Of a stretch of DNA of 64,000 nt, positions 63,745-64,000 are shown piece by piece. Position 1 is the stretch's first letter, and each line of letters opens with the position of its first letter. Origin of the DNA: Octopus sinensis. Taxonomy: Eukaryota. Where the stretch lies: contig NC_043005.1 of the NCBI RefSeq assembly GCF_006345805.1, positions 89,094,001-89,158,000 of the forward strand. Reading direction: 5' to 3'. The notes beneath the pieces were generated by a model. The model did no database searches and was not told the origin of the DNA. It saw only the letters and a program-made list of their open reading frames with translations. A program made the translations under genes and the position numbers.

Positions 63745-64000
63745 ATCATCATCGTTTAACGTCCGTTTTCCATGCCAACATGGGTTGGACAGTTTGACCG
63801 GGGTCTGGGAAGCCAGGAGGCTGCACCAGGCTCCAGTCTGATCTGACAGTGTTTCTACAGCTGGATGCCCTTCTTAACGCCAACCACCCCGTGAGTGTAG
63901 TGGGTGTTTTTTACGTGCCACCGGCACAGGTGACAGGGGAGGCTGGCAATGGCGACGATCGGTTGGTGCTTCTTACGTGCCACCGGCACGGAAGCCAGTC
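63745..64000 (-). mobile_element. RTE-type 3' end / associated SINE
   Basis: Homologous to 60212-60400 and ~44510-44720. Confidence 0.75.

Overview
AT-rich, microsatellite-dense animal genomic DNA. The SINE/LINE families and repeat landscape suggest a coleoid cephalopod, probably octopus (inference). A 100-N scaffold gap lies at 19640-19739. Only two host-gene exons can be supported: a formin-like (FMNL/Frl) FH2 exon on the minus strand (11810-11939) and an SLC22 organic-cation-transporter extracellular-loop exon on the plus strand (57948-58170). The rest is mostly decayed mobile DNA: RTE, CR1, R4/Dong-like and Tx1/L1-like LINEs, Penelope-like elements, a Helentron with non-autonomous HINEs, mariner remnants, MITEs and tRNA-derived SINEs. 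Best leads: (1) five loci with minimal type-I hammerhead-ribozyme-like folds, including a 344-bp head-to-tail dimer that resembles a non-LTR retrozyme; (2) an ORF1-only (HAL1-like) Tx1 derivative in a head-to-tail stack whose 3' tail is shared with the abundant SINE, suggesting a SINE-Tx1 partnership; (3) a perfect 54-bp palindrome, a 244-nt hairpin and a palindrome-bearing ~58-bp minisatellite. All folds and alignments were done by eye. Boundaries of decayed elements are approximate.
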